Made by a program: the position numbers and the translations under genes
Source of the DNA: Hypanus sabinus
Taxonomy: Eukaryota
Direction of reading: 5' to 3'
DNA length: 64,000 nt
Assembly (NCBI RefSeq): GCF_030144855.1
Contig: NC_082710.1
Coordinates: 183,582,001-183,646,000, forward strand
Shown here: piece after piece, positions 25,490 through 37,300 of the stretch
How positions within the stretch are numbered: the first letter of the stretch is position 1
How the letters are laid out: every line of letters starts with the position of its first letter
The notes under the pieces: model-generated
Database searches by the model: none
What the model was told of the DNA's origin: nothing
Seen by the model: only the letters and a program-made list of their open reading frames with translations

Positions 25490-28370
25490 CAACATAGAAC
25501 AGGCCCTTCGGCCCACAGTGCTGTGCTGAACCAACTAAAAAGTAAATCAACCCCTCCCCCACAGAAAAACGAATCCTTCCTACCCACACAATGTCCACAG
25601 TACCCCCCCCCCCCCCCCCCCCCCCGCCCCATCTTGTGTACACTCCGGTATTAGACATTGCAGCCCTGGGAAACAGATACTCCCTGTCTATCTCTCTCAT
25701 AATCCTATAAAACTCTTCCAGATCTCCCCTCAGTCTCGGCCACTCCAGAGAAAATAATCCCTGTTATCCAGCCTCTCCTGATAGCACATGCCCTTTAAAC
25801 CCTTATAATCTCTTCTGGACTTTCTCCAAACCTCAGCAACCAGAACTATATGCAACACTGCAAATGTGGCCTAAGCAGAGTTCAACAAAGTTGCAACACA
25901 ACTTCTTGACTTTTGAACTCAATGCCTTGACTAAAAGAAGCAAGCGTTCCATAATCCTCCTTAACCAGCCAATCCTGTGCAGCCACTTTCAAAGAGCTGT
26001 GAACTTGGAACCCAAGATCTCTCTGTTCAGTAACACTGTTAAGTACTTTGTCCTTAACAATGTACCGTCTCCTTGTATTTGCCCTACCGAGGGGCAACGC
26101 CTCACAGTTATTTGGGTTAAACTCCACACTGTCCACAACTCCACCAATCTTGGTATCATCTACAAACTTACTAACCCACCCATCTACATTTTCATCCTGG
26201 TCATTTATATACATCACAAGCAGCAGAGGCCCCAGCACAGATCCCTGTGGATCTCCACTAATCACAGACCTCAAGCTCGAATAATACCCTTCAAACCCAC
26301 CCCCCCATGTCTTTGATGTGCAAGCCAGTTTTGAATACAAACTGCCAAGCCCATGAATCTTAATCTTCTGGATTTGTCAAATGCCTTACTAAAATCCATA
26401 TAGAAAACATCCACTGCCCTACCCTCATCAATCTCTCTCATCACCTTGTCAAAAACTTCAGTCCAGTTGGTAAGGTATGACCTGCCACGCGCAAAGCTAT
26501 TCCAGCTCTCCCTAATTAGGCCATGAGTTTCCAAATGCACATATATCCTATCCCTAAGAATTTTCCCCAGGAATGAGATGAGACTAAAATTGAGATGAGA
26601 CTAACTGGCCTGTAGTCACTGGATTTTCCCCTGTTCCCTTCTTAAATAGAGGTACCACATTAGCCACTTGGATACTGGTCAAGAGCCCAGCAATCTCATC
26701 TCTTCAATTATTTGGGGAAAATCCCACCAGGCCCTGGAGACTTATCTACCTTAATATTCATTAGGAGGTCCAACACTTCCTCCTCCTGGACCTGTGAACA
26801 CTTTAACATATTCATCACACTCACACTCTCTGTATCCAAGCAAATGTTCCCCTCTTTACCTTGTGTGGTCCCACCCTATTCTCTAGTTATCCTTTTGCTC
26901 CTATTATGTCTAGAATGCCTTGGGATATTCTTTAACCCTACTTGCCAAGGACATTTCATGGCCCCTCCTGGCTTTCCTAATTCTCTTCTTTAGTTTTTTC
27001 TAGCTTCTTTATAACCCTCATTTGCTCCGTTTGATCCTAACTGCCAAAACTTTACATACTTTTCCTTTTTCTTTTTGACTTATTTCATGATCTCTCTGGG
27101 CATCCAAAGTTCTCTGATCTTTCCATCCACATCCTTCCTTCTAATGGGAAATATCTTTCCTGTACCCTGAGCAATTCATCTTTAAAAACCCTCCACAACT
27201 CTCTCTGCTAATTTCTTTTCGGATCTTACAGAGGTGTACATAAGGGTGGTTCCTTAAGGCCATAAGATATAGGAACAGAATTAGACCATTTGGCCTATCG
27301 AGTCTGATCCATCATTTCCTCATGGTTCAACCATTTCCCTTTCAGCCCCAATTTCCTGGCTCCTTCCCATATCCCTTCATGCCCTGACTAATCAATCTAT
27401 CAACCTCTGCCTCCAATGGACCCAATGACTTGGCTTCCAAAGCCACCTGTGGCATCGAATTCCACACTTGTTGCTTGTGACGATGATTCGCCACTCTCTG
27501 TCTAAAGAAATTCCTCCTCATCTTCGTTCTAAATGGAAGTCCGTCTATTCTGAGGCTGTGCCCTCTGGTCTTAAACACTCACCTACCTGACCCCCTCCAC
27601 CCTCCCACCACTCACTCTATCAAGGCCATTCAAAGTTCAACAAGTTTCAATGAGATCCAAACTCACTCTTCTGAATTCCAGTGAGTAAACTCCCAGAGCT
27701 ATCCAGCACCTCTCATATGATAAGCCTTTCAATACTGGAAGGATTTTTGTGATCCTGCTTTGAACCCTCTCCAATGTTAGCACATCCTTTCTCAGCTAAG
27801 GTGCTCAGTGCTCTAAGTGAGGCCTCTTTATAAAGTTCCAACATTACATCCTTGCTTTTATATTCTAGTCCTTTCAAAATGAATGCTATCATCACATTTG
27901 CTTTCCTCACCACAGACTCAACCAGCAAATGAGTCTTTAGGGAATCCTCCCAAGTCCCTCTGCACCTCAGATTTTTGAATTTTGTCTCCATTTAGAAAAC
28001 AGTCAATCCTTTCACTTCTTCTCCCAAAGTGCATGACCAAACACTTCACAACACTGTATTCCATCTGTCACTTTTTGCCCATTCTTGTAATCTGTCTCAG
28101 TCATTCTGTAGCCTCTCTACTTGCTCAAAACTTGTACCTCTACAATCTCTTCAGACACCTCTTTCAGAACACTGGGGCATCATCCATCTGGTTCATGTGA
28201 CATTTCAGTTTCACAAACACCTTCTGCCCCACGAAACTCTTGAACTTCCAGTTTGCTGTTGGTGTCTTCCACAGTGAACGATGATGCAAACTACTTATTC
28301 AATTCATCCGCCATTTCTCTATCCCCTATTGCTACCTCTCCAGTGGTATAAAAGTGTTGTGTAATAACCC
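25490..28370 (-). mobile_element. Decayed CR1 fragments
   Basis: SVISGDPQGSVLGP, KFVDDTK, VFYMDFSKAFDK. Confidence 0.8.
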
Positions 28371-28374
28371 AGAT

Positions 28375-31300
28375 CTTACTAGGGAGATCAACGTAAAGGA
28401 ACACAGAGGAGACAGTGATCATAGGAGGCGTGATTGATAAGTTCATGGCCTGAGGTAGAAGGAGTCAATTTTAGAAAACCTAGCACGTTTATTTTTCCTA
28501 CATTTACACACTTAGTCCAGCGGTTGTGGAGCATACGGATCCCTTCTTTGTAGAAGTCGGTGTCTTGGATCTCCAGAAGTGGTCCACAGCAGGGGTGATT
28601 GATAAGTTTGTGGCCTAAAGTAGGAGATGACGAGAAACTTAAAATTTTCTGCATTTTCACTCAAAGTGTTGAACTGCACGTGCATGTAACGAGAGCTGTA
28701 TAACTCATCTCCTTCTACCTTCGGCCACGAACTTCAATCCCCCCCTGCTGTGGACCACCTCGAGGTCCAAGATGCCGACTTGAAGATAAGGGATCCATAT
28801 GCTCCACGACCGCTGAACTAAGTCTGTCCAGGAGGGGACTATGTTGAAAAATAAACGTGCTAGGTTTTCTTAGATTGACTCCTTCTACCTCAGACCATGA
28901 ACTTATCAATCACCCCTCGTAATATGATTGAATTCAGACTGCAGTCTGAGAGAGAGAGGCATAAATCACATGTGTCAGTGTCACAATGCAGTAAAGGGAA
29001 TTACAGAGGCATGAGAGAGGAGCTTGTCCAGGATTGATTGGAGGAGGATACTGGAGGGGATGACGGCAGAGCAGAGATGGATGAAGTTTCTGGAAATAGT
29101 TCACAACATACAAGACAGATATCTCCACCAAAGGAAGAAGTTCTCAAATGGCAGGGGTAGGCAACCATGGCTGACGAAGGAAGTTAAGGACTGTATAAAA
29201 GCCAAGGAAATTACATATAAAGTAGTAAAAGTGAGTGGGAAGTTGGATAATTGGGAAGCTTTTAAAATGCATCAAAAGGCTACTGAAAAAGCTATAAGAA
29301 GGGAAAAGATGAAATATGAGGGCAGACTAGCCAATAATAAAGCAGGATACCGAAAGCTTTTTTTTCAGTTATATGAAGAGGAAAAGGGAGGTGAGAGTTG
29401 ATATTGAACCACTGGAACATGATGCTGGTGAGGTAGTAATGGGGGACAAAGAAATGGCAGATGAACATAATGGGTACCTTGCATCTGTCTTCACTGTGGA
29501 AGACACTAGCAGTGTGCCAGAGGTCCGTGAGTGTCAGGGAGCAGGAGTGAATGCCATTGATATTACAAAGGAAAAAGTGCCAGGCAAACTCAAAATTCTT
29601 GAGGTTGATGGTGCTGAGAGAGGTTACTGAAGAGATAACGGATGCACTGGGCATGATCTTTCAAGATTCACTTGAATCTGGCATGGTCCTGGAGGACTGG
29701 AAGATTGCAAATGTCACTCCACTCTTTGAGAAAGGAGGACGGCAAAAGAAAGGAAATTACAAGCCAGTTAGTCTAACCTCAGTGGTTGGGAAAGTGTTGG
29801 AGTCTATTATTAAGGATGAGGTTTGTGGTACTTGGAGAATAATAGTAAGTCAAAGTCTGTATACTTTCTTTGAAGGGAAATCTTGCCTTTAACAAGCAGG
29901 GTGGACAAAGGAGAGGCAGTGAATATCATTTACTTTGATTTTCTGAAGGCTTTTGACAAGGTGCCACATGAGGCTGCTTAACAAATCTTACGGCATCACA
30001 GCAAAGATACTGGCATGGATACTGAATGGCTGAAAGGCAGTTGGCAGTGAGTAGGAATAAAAGGGGCCTTTTCTGGTTGGATACCAGTGACTAATGGTGT
30101 TCCTCAGGGGTCAGTACTGGGACCGCTACTTTTCACATTGTTTGCCAGTGATTTAGATAACCGAGTTGATGGCTTTGTGGCAAAGTTTGTGGATGATATG
30201 AAGATAGGTGGAAGGGTAGGTAGTGCTGAGGAAGCAATGTGATTGCAGCCAGACTGGGACAAATTGGATGAACGGGCAAAAAAAAGATGGAATAGTGTTG
30301 GGAAATGTATGAACATGCATTTTGGTAAAAGGAACAATAGTGCGAACTATTATCTAAATGGGGAGAAGGTTCAAACGTCAGAGGAACAGAGAGACTTAGG
30401 AGTCCTCGTGCAAGACTCCCAGAAGGTTAACTTACTAGTTGAGTCTAGGGTAAAGAAGGCAAATGCAATGTTGGCATTTATTTCAAGGGGAATAGAATAT
30501 AAAAACAAGGAGATAATGTTGAGTTTTTATAAGACACGAGTCAGGCAGCACTTGAGTATTGTCAACAGTTTTGGGCCCCATATCTCAGTCTTTGTAGAGA
30601 GTCCAGAGGAGGTTCACAAGGATGATTTTGGAAAGAGTTAACATACGAGAAGCATTTGGCACCTTTGGGCCTGTAATTTAGAAGAATGCGGGGGGATCTC
30701 ATTGAAACCCACCGAATGTTGAAAGAACTAGATAGGGTGGATATGAAGATGATGGTTCCTATGGTGGGGGTATCCAGAATTAGAGGGCACAATCTCAAAA
30801 TTGAGGGGTGACCCTTTAGAAAAGAGGTAAGAAGGATTTTTTTTTGGCCAGAAAGTAGTAAATCATTGGAATGCTCTGCCACAAACTGCGGTGGAGGCTG
30901 TGCGTGGGTATATTTAAGCCTGAACTTGATAGTTTCTTGACCAGTCAAGGCACCAAAGGATAAGGCAAGAAGGCAAGTGTAGTGGGTTGTGTGGGATCCA
31001 GTATCCGCCATGATGGAGTGACAGAGCAGACTCAATGGACTGAATGGCCTAAATCTGCTTTTATAGAAATAAGAGTGATCTTTTTAAAACCCTCTGTATT
31101 CCATCTTTTCCTTTCTTGTGATTTTGTAAAAGCTACCAAATCTTCTGGTGGTTTTTGAAAGCTACCGAGTACTCCGATTTCCTTCTAACTTTGGCTTCCC
31201 TTGTCAGCCACGGTTGCATCATCCTGCCATTAGAATACTTCATTGTCTTTGGGATGTATCTGTCCTGCACCTTCCAAATAGCTCCCAGAAATTCCAGCCA

Positions 31301-31460
31301 TTACTGCTGGAGTTCCCTTCCAATCAATTCTGGCCAGCTCCTCTCTCATGGCTCTGTAATTCCCATTGCTCCAACTGCAATACTGATGCATCTGACTTTA
31401 ACTTCTCCTTCTCAAATTACTGGGAGAATTCTTTTATATTATAGTCACTGGTCCCTATAT
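28375..31460 (+). mobile_element. Decayed CR1 ORF2 interrupted by a mariner MITE (last 400 bp reversed)
   Basis: WKIANVTPLFEKGGRQKKGNYKPVSLTSVVGK, VPQGSVLGP and 3' RT motifs. Confidence 0.85.
28424..28919. mobile_element. Fold-back mariner-derived MITE
   Basis: Flanked by TA on both sides. Termini ggaggcgtgattgataagtt / aacttatcaatcacccctcg. The arms carry a mariner transposase C-terminal remnant, FYKEGIRMLHNRWTKCV. Confidence 0.85.
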
Positions 31461-31747
31461 CTTAAGCATTCAATCATCTTCAAGGGCCAGGCAGCATCCA
31501 TCATTAAGGACCATCACCCAGGACACGTCCTCTTCTCATTGCTACCATCGAGGAGGCGGCGCAGGAACTTGAAGACACACACTCAGCGTTTCAGGAACAG
31601 CTTCTTCCCCTCTGCCCTCAGATTTGCAAATGAACACTACCTCGCTGCTTTTTCCCCCTTTTTAGCACCTCGTTTAATTTTCCACATACTTTTAACTGTA
31701 ATTTGTAGTTTTTAAGTTATTAGGTTTTCCAATGTCCTGCAGCAACA

Positions 31748-31880
31748 AACATCACAACATATGCCAGTGATATTAAGCCTGATATTCTACTGCCCTCACT
31801 CAGCTGTTGTAACATCACAACATATGCCAGTGATATTAAGCCTGATATTCTACTGCCCTCACTCAGGTGTTGTAACATCA
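31748..31880 (+). repeat. 63-bp tandem duplication
   Basis: aacatcacaacatatgccagtgatattaagcctgatattctactgccctcactcag(c/g)tgttgt occurs twice, at 31748 and 31811. Confidence 0.85.
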
Positions 31881-32139
31881 GCTAGATAGTCAGCCAAACT
31901 CCATTCCAAAATGACATGAGAGTCAGGGTGCCGTATCCTAGCTCCTTGGTTTTATTGCAGACTCAGTGGCATGTCATAGTGAATGAAGTCAGATATGAGA
32001 GAGGTCAGAGGAGAATGGCCAGACTGGTTCAAGCTGACAGGAAATCGACAGTAACTCAAATAGCCATGCACACAGAAGAGCATCTCTAAATGCACAGCAC
32101 GTCAAACTTTGGATAGCAGATGGCCACGACCATACAGTG

Positions 32140-32216
32140 TACTCAATGGCCACTTTATTAGGTACATGACTTTGCATTACAACAGAACGTACCTAATAAA
32201 GTGGCCACTGAGTGTA
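32140..32216. mobile_element. Tiny Tc1-type MITE/hairpin, preceded by a Tc1 transposase remnant at about 32010-32135
   Basis: actcaatggccactttattaggtac ... gtacctaataaagtggccactgagt inverted repeat. Confidence 0.75.
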
Positions 32217-32260
32217 ATTTCACAGAGAGTAATAAAGAAGGCCATTTTTTTTTACAAGCT

Positions 32261-32266
32261 TTTATT
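32261..32266 (-). terminator. Candidate polyadenylation signal of gene A
   Basis: AATAAA on the minus strand about 1 kb downstream of the stop codon, in AT-rich unique sequence. Other sites are possible. Confidence 0.3.
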
Positions 32267-33291
32267 ACAAATATATACAAGGAATCACGATGTCGTCATC
32301 CCACCCCTCCCCGCCCTGCATTTAGAAAAACTGAACATTTCTGAATAAGAATGTAGTGCACAGGTAGTTCATACCAGTCAAAGGGCAGGCATGACAGATA
32401 AAATCTAATGTCAGAGACATGTCAGAGTCATTTATAAACTTACTTAACTTTTGAAAGTAGACTTTCAGAGCCAATCACTTTAAACTGAATACATCAGTTT
32501 TAATTACATCTGAATAAATTACATCAGTAAGTTTGAGACTAGGAAAGATATCAATAAAATTGAAGAAGTGCACAGAAATTTACAAGGACATTGTCAGGAC
32601 TTGGGGACCTGCGTAATAGAAAATGGTTGAATTGGGAAAAAATGGAAATGAACAAACAGTCAATGTTCCAGCCAAAGGTAATGAAGGATGAAGGTGACAG
32701 AATAAGAAGGTGGGAGATGGGAAGCAGGATGAAGAAGGAAGCTGGGAGGTGATAGGTGGAAGAGTTAAGGGGCTGGGGTGACTGCTTCAGTGAAGTGATA
32801 CCTCAGGGACCGCAGTGGTTCAAGAAGGCAGCTCATCACCACCTTCTCAGGGGCAACTGGGGATGGGCAATAAATGCTGGCTTAGCTGGTGATGCCGACA
32901 TCCCGTACATGAATAAATAAAAAATAAAATTTCCCTACGACTGATGTGAGACTCACTGATTTATAGACCCCCCCCCCCCTCCCCTCCCTACATTTTTTTT
33001 AATTCTGGCATCTTTTCAGCCCTGATGACGGTTCTCAGCCTGAAACTTTGACTGTTTACTCATTTCTGTAAACGAAGCCTGATCTGCTGAATTGTTCCAG
33101 GATTTTGAATGCATGTGTTGCTCCGGATTTCCAGAATCTGCAGAATCTCTGGTGTTTATGATCTCTGCAGCATTCTGTAAAAGTCATCTGGAGTTTTCCA
33201 GAATTGAAATTACTGTTTGGTGAACTTAGAAGTGAATTCCCCAGTTGGCCACAGGGCTCCTCCTGTGCCATCATGCTCACCTCCTGAAGAG

Positions 33292-33806
33292 TCAAATGGG
33301 GGAGATCTTCATTTTCTCCTGTGACCCCCAGGGACTGAAGAAGGGGTAGACTTTCTCAGTAAATTTGGCTCGAAATGTGTAGATGTGGGCCATGGCTTCG
33401 GCATCAAATATGTGGATCGTGCCCAGGTTATGGTCGACGTAAATGCCAATGGTCTCAGCAGCGGCCATTCCCTCCAGTGGAACGGGGAACTCGTCATTGG
33501 CCTCGTACAACTGGCCACGCTTGCCGATAGTCCAGATCCCGTTATCGGGGCTCAGGGTGACCCAGTCATTCTTGGGGATGGATGCGTAGGCCGCCCCCAG
33601 GTCCCAATCAGGCTTATTACCCACGAACACCTCCCAGTATTGCCTGCCGCTGTCGTAGCCCTCACAGGCCATCACAAAGAGCCTGGCGTTGAAGCGCTTG
33701 GAGTTGTCCTTCTTCTCCGTCCATTCTTCAGTGAACGAGACACTCAGGTGGTCGTCTGAGATGATCAGGTATGGGTTGGCGGTGTCTGGGTCAAAGGTGA
33801 TCGACA
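33292..33806 (-). CDS. Gene A, terminal B30.2 (PRY-SPRY) exon
   Basis: Acceptor cggcctctttccacag, phase 1. Encodes (V)SITFDPDTANPYLIISDD...KRFNARLFVMACEGYDSGRQYWEVFVGNKPDWDLG...GIWTIG...TIGIYVDHNLGTIHIFDAE..HIYTF...KVYPFFSP...KISPI, with stop TGA at 33294-33292. Confidence 0.95.
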
Positions 33807-34353
33807 CTGTGGAAAGAGGCCGAGACCGGAGGTTAAGCCTGGGGGCCTGCATCACCCGTGCTCAGCGACACAACGTTTCAGGTAGTTCCGGCGGAACAAA
33901 TACATGCTGCTGGAGGCTTTCATAGTTCCCCCTCTGACGACAGCCCCAACCAGTCTGCGGCGGTCCCTCCCCACCTCACAGACCCCCCTTCTTCCAGCAT
34001 GTCTCTTCCTTTGGCAGCATGCCACCGTTTCACCTCCCCCCCCAGACCCAAATCTGTCTCAACAGCCCTCAGCAACACTCACCCCTCCTCTTTCAGCCCC
34101 TTGCCTCTCAGCATGGCCCCTCCCACAAGGCACAAACACCTTCCCACCCAGCCCCTTTACCCCAGATCAGCCCCGCCTCACCTCCTGGGGGCACTCCCAC
34201 CTCCCGAGCTGCAATAATCTGCCCTGAAACACCAAAGCCTTTGAAGGGAAAATGCTAGGAAAAATAGTGGACGCGGCCCAGTCCGTTACTGGTAAAGCCC
34301 GCCCCACCGCTCAGCACATCTGCACGGAACGCTGTCACAGGACAACAGCATCA

Positions 34354-37300
34354 AGGAGTCCCACCACCCAGGCCGTTCTCTCGTCTCACTGCTGTCATCA
34401 GTCAGGAGGTACAGGAGCCTAGGAGTCCCACCACCCAGGCCGTGCTCTCGTCTCACTGCTGTCACCTTCAGCCAGGAGGTACAGGAGCCTGGGAGTCCCA
34501 CCACCCAGGCCGTGCTCTCGTCTCACTGCTGTCATCAGTCAGGAGGTACAGGGGCCTCAGGAGTCCCACCACCCAGGCCGTGCTCTCGTCTCACTGCTGT
34601 CATCAGTCAGGAGGTACAGGGGCCTCAGGAGTCCCACCACCCAGGCCGTGCTCTCGTCTCACTGCTGTCATCAGTCAGGAGGTACAGGGGCCTCAGGAGT
34701 CCCACCACCCAGGCCGTGCTCTCGTCTCACTGCTGTCATCAGTCAGGAGGTACAGGGGCCTCAGGAGTCCCACCACCCAGGCCGTGCTCTCTTCTCACTG
34801 CTGTCATCAGTCAGGAGGTACAGGGGCCTCAGGAGTCCCACCACCCAGGCCGTGCTCTCGTCTCACTGCTGTCATCAGTCAGGAGGTACAGGGGCCTCAG
34901 GAGTCCCACCACCCAGGCCGTGCTCTCGTCTCACTGCTGTCATCAGTCAGGAGGTACAGGGGCCTCAGGAGTCCCACCACCCAGGCCGTGCTCTCGTCTC
35001 ACTGCTGTCATCAGTCAGGAGGTACAGGGGCCTCAGGAGTCCCACCACCCAGGCCGTGCTCTCGTCTCACTGCTGTCATCAGTCAGGAGGTACAGGAGCC
35101 TAGGAGTCCCACCACCCAGGCCGTGCTCTCGTCTCACTGCTGTCATCAGTCAGGAGGTACAGGAGCCTAGGAGTCCCACCACCCAGGCCGTGCTCTCGTC
35201 TCACTGCTGTCATCAGTCAGGAGGTACAGGAGCCTAGGAGTCCCACCACCCAGGCCGTGCTCTCGTCTCACTGCTGTCATCAGTCAGGAGGTACAGGAGC
35301 CTAGGAGTCCCACCACCCAGGCCGTGCTCTCGTCTCACTGCTGTCACCTTCAGCCAGGAGGTACAGGAGCCTGGGAGTCCCACCACCCAGGCAGTGCTCT
35401 CGTCTCACTGCTGTCATCAGTCAGGAGGTACAGGAGTCTCAGGAGTCCCACCACCCAGGCCGTGCTCTCGTCTCACTGCTGTCATCAGTCAGGAGGTACA
35501 GGGGCCTCAGGAGTCCCACCACCCAGGCCGTGCTCTCGTCTCACTGCTGTCATCAGTCAGGAGGTACAGGGGCCTCAGGAGTCCCACCACCCAGGCCGTT
35601 CTCTAGTCTCACTGCTGTCATCAGTCAGGAGGTACAGGAGCCTCAGGAGTCCCACCACCCAGGCCGTGCTCTCGTCTCACTGCTGTCATCAGTCAGGAGG
35701 TACAGGGGCCTCAGGAGTCCCACCACCCAGGCCGTGCTCTCGTCTCACTGCTGTCATCAGTCAGGAGGTACAGGAGCCTAGGAGTCCCACCACCCAGGCC
35801 GTGCTCTCGTCTCACTGCTGTCACCTTCAGTCAGGAGGTACAGGAGCCTCAGGAGTCCCACCACCCAGGCCGTGCTCTCGTCTCACTGCTGTCATCAGTC
35901 AGGAGGTCCAGGAGCCTAGGAGTCCCACCACCCAGGCCGTTCTCTCATCTCACTGCTGTCGTCAGTCAGGAGGTACAGGAGCCTAGGAGTCCCACCACCC
36001 AGGCCATGCTCTCGTCTCACTGCTGTCATCAGTCAGGAGGTACAGGAGCCTAGGAGTCCCACCACCCAGGCCGTGCTCTTGTCTCACTGCTGTCATCAGT
36101 CAGGAGGTACAGGAGCCTAGGAGTCCCACCACCCAGGCCGTGCTCTCGTCTCACTGCTGTCACCTTCAGTCAGGAGGTACAGGAGCCTAGGAGTCCCACC
36201 ACCCAGGCCGTGCTCTCGTCTCACTGCTGTCATCAGTCAGGAGGTACAGGAGCCTAGGAGTCCCACCACCCAGGCCGTGCTCTCGTCTCACTGCTGTCAT
36301 CAATCAGGAGGTACAGGAGCCTAGGAGTCCCACCACCCAGGCCGTTCTCTCGCCTCACTGCTGTCATCAGTCAGGAGGTACAGGAGCCTAGGAGTCCCAC
36401 CACCCAGGCAGTTCTCTCGTCTCACTGCTGTCATCAGTCAGGAGGTACAGGAGCCTAGGAGTCCCACCACCCAGGCCGTGCTCTCGTCTCACTGCTGTCA
36501 TCAGTCAGGAGGTACAGGAGCCTAGGAGTCCCACCACCCAGGCTGTGCTCTCGTCTCACTGCTGTCATCAGTCAGGAGGTAGAGGAGCCTAGGAGTCCCA
36601 CCACCCAGGCCGTGCTCTCGTCTCACTGCTGTCACCTTCAGTCAGGAGGTACAGGAGCCTAGGAGTCCCACCACCCAGGCCATGCTCTCGTCTCACTGCT
36701 GTCATCAGTCAGGAGGTAGAGGACCCTAGGAGTCCCACCACCCAGGCCGTGCTCTCGTCTCACTGCTGTCATCAGGCAGGAGGTACAGGAGCCTAGGAGT
36801 CCCACCACCCAGCCGTGCTCTCGTCTCACTGCTGTCATCAGGCAGGAGGTACAGGAGCCTAGGAGTCCCACCACCCAGGCCGTGCTCTCGTCTCACTGCT
36901 GTCATCAGTCAGGAGGTACAGGAGCCTACGAGTCCCACCACCCATGCCGTGCTCTCGTCTCACTGCTGTCATCAGTCAGGAGGTACAGGAGCCTCAGGAG
37001 TCCCACCACCCAGGCCGTGCTCTCGTCTCACTGCTGTCACCTTCAGGCAGGAGGTACAGGAGCCTAGGAGTCCCACCACCCAGGCCGTTCTCTCGTCTCA
37101 CTGCTGTCATCAGTCAGGAGGTAGAGGAGCCTAGGAGTCCCACCACCCAGGCCGTGCTCTCGTCTCACTGCTGTCATCAGTCAGGAGGTACAGGAACCTA
37201 GGAGTCCCACCACCCAGGCCGTTCTCTCGTCTCACTGCTGTCAGCAGGCAGGAGGTACAGGAGCCTCAGGAGTCCCACCACCCAGGCCATGCTCTCGTCT

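Noticed and set aside
8812-33806. One gene joining the IgV exon to the B30.2 exon
   Set aside because: On the minus strand B30.2 and its stop come before the IgV exon, so they belong to two genes.
33292-33855. TRIM/finTRIM gene as owner of the B30.2 exon
   Set aside because: No RING or B-box exon was found; an in-phase TM exon and micro-exon chain lies upstream.
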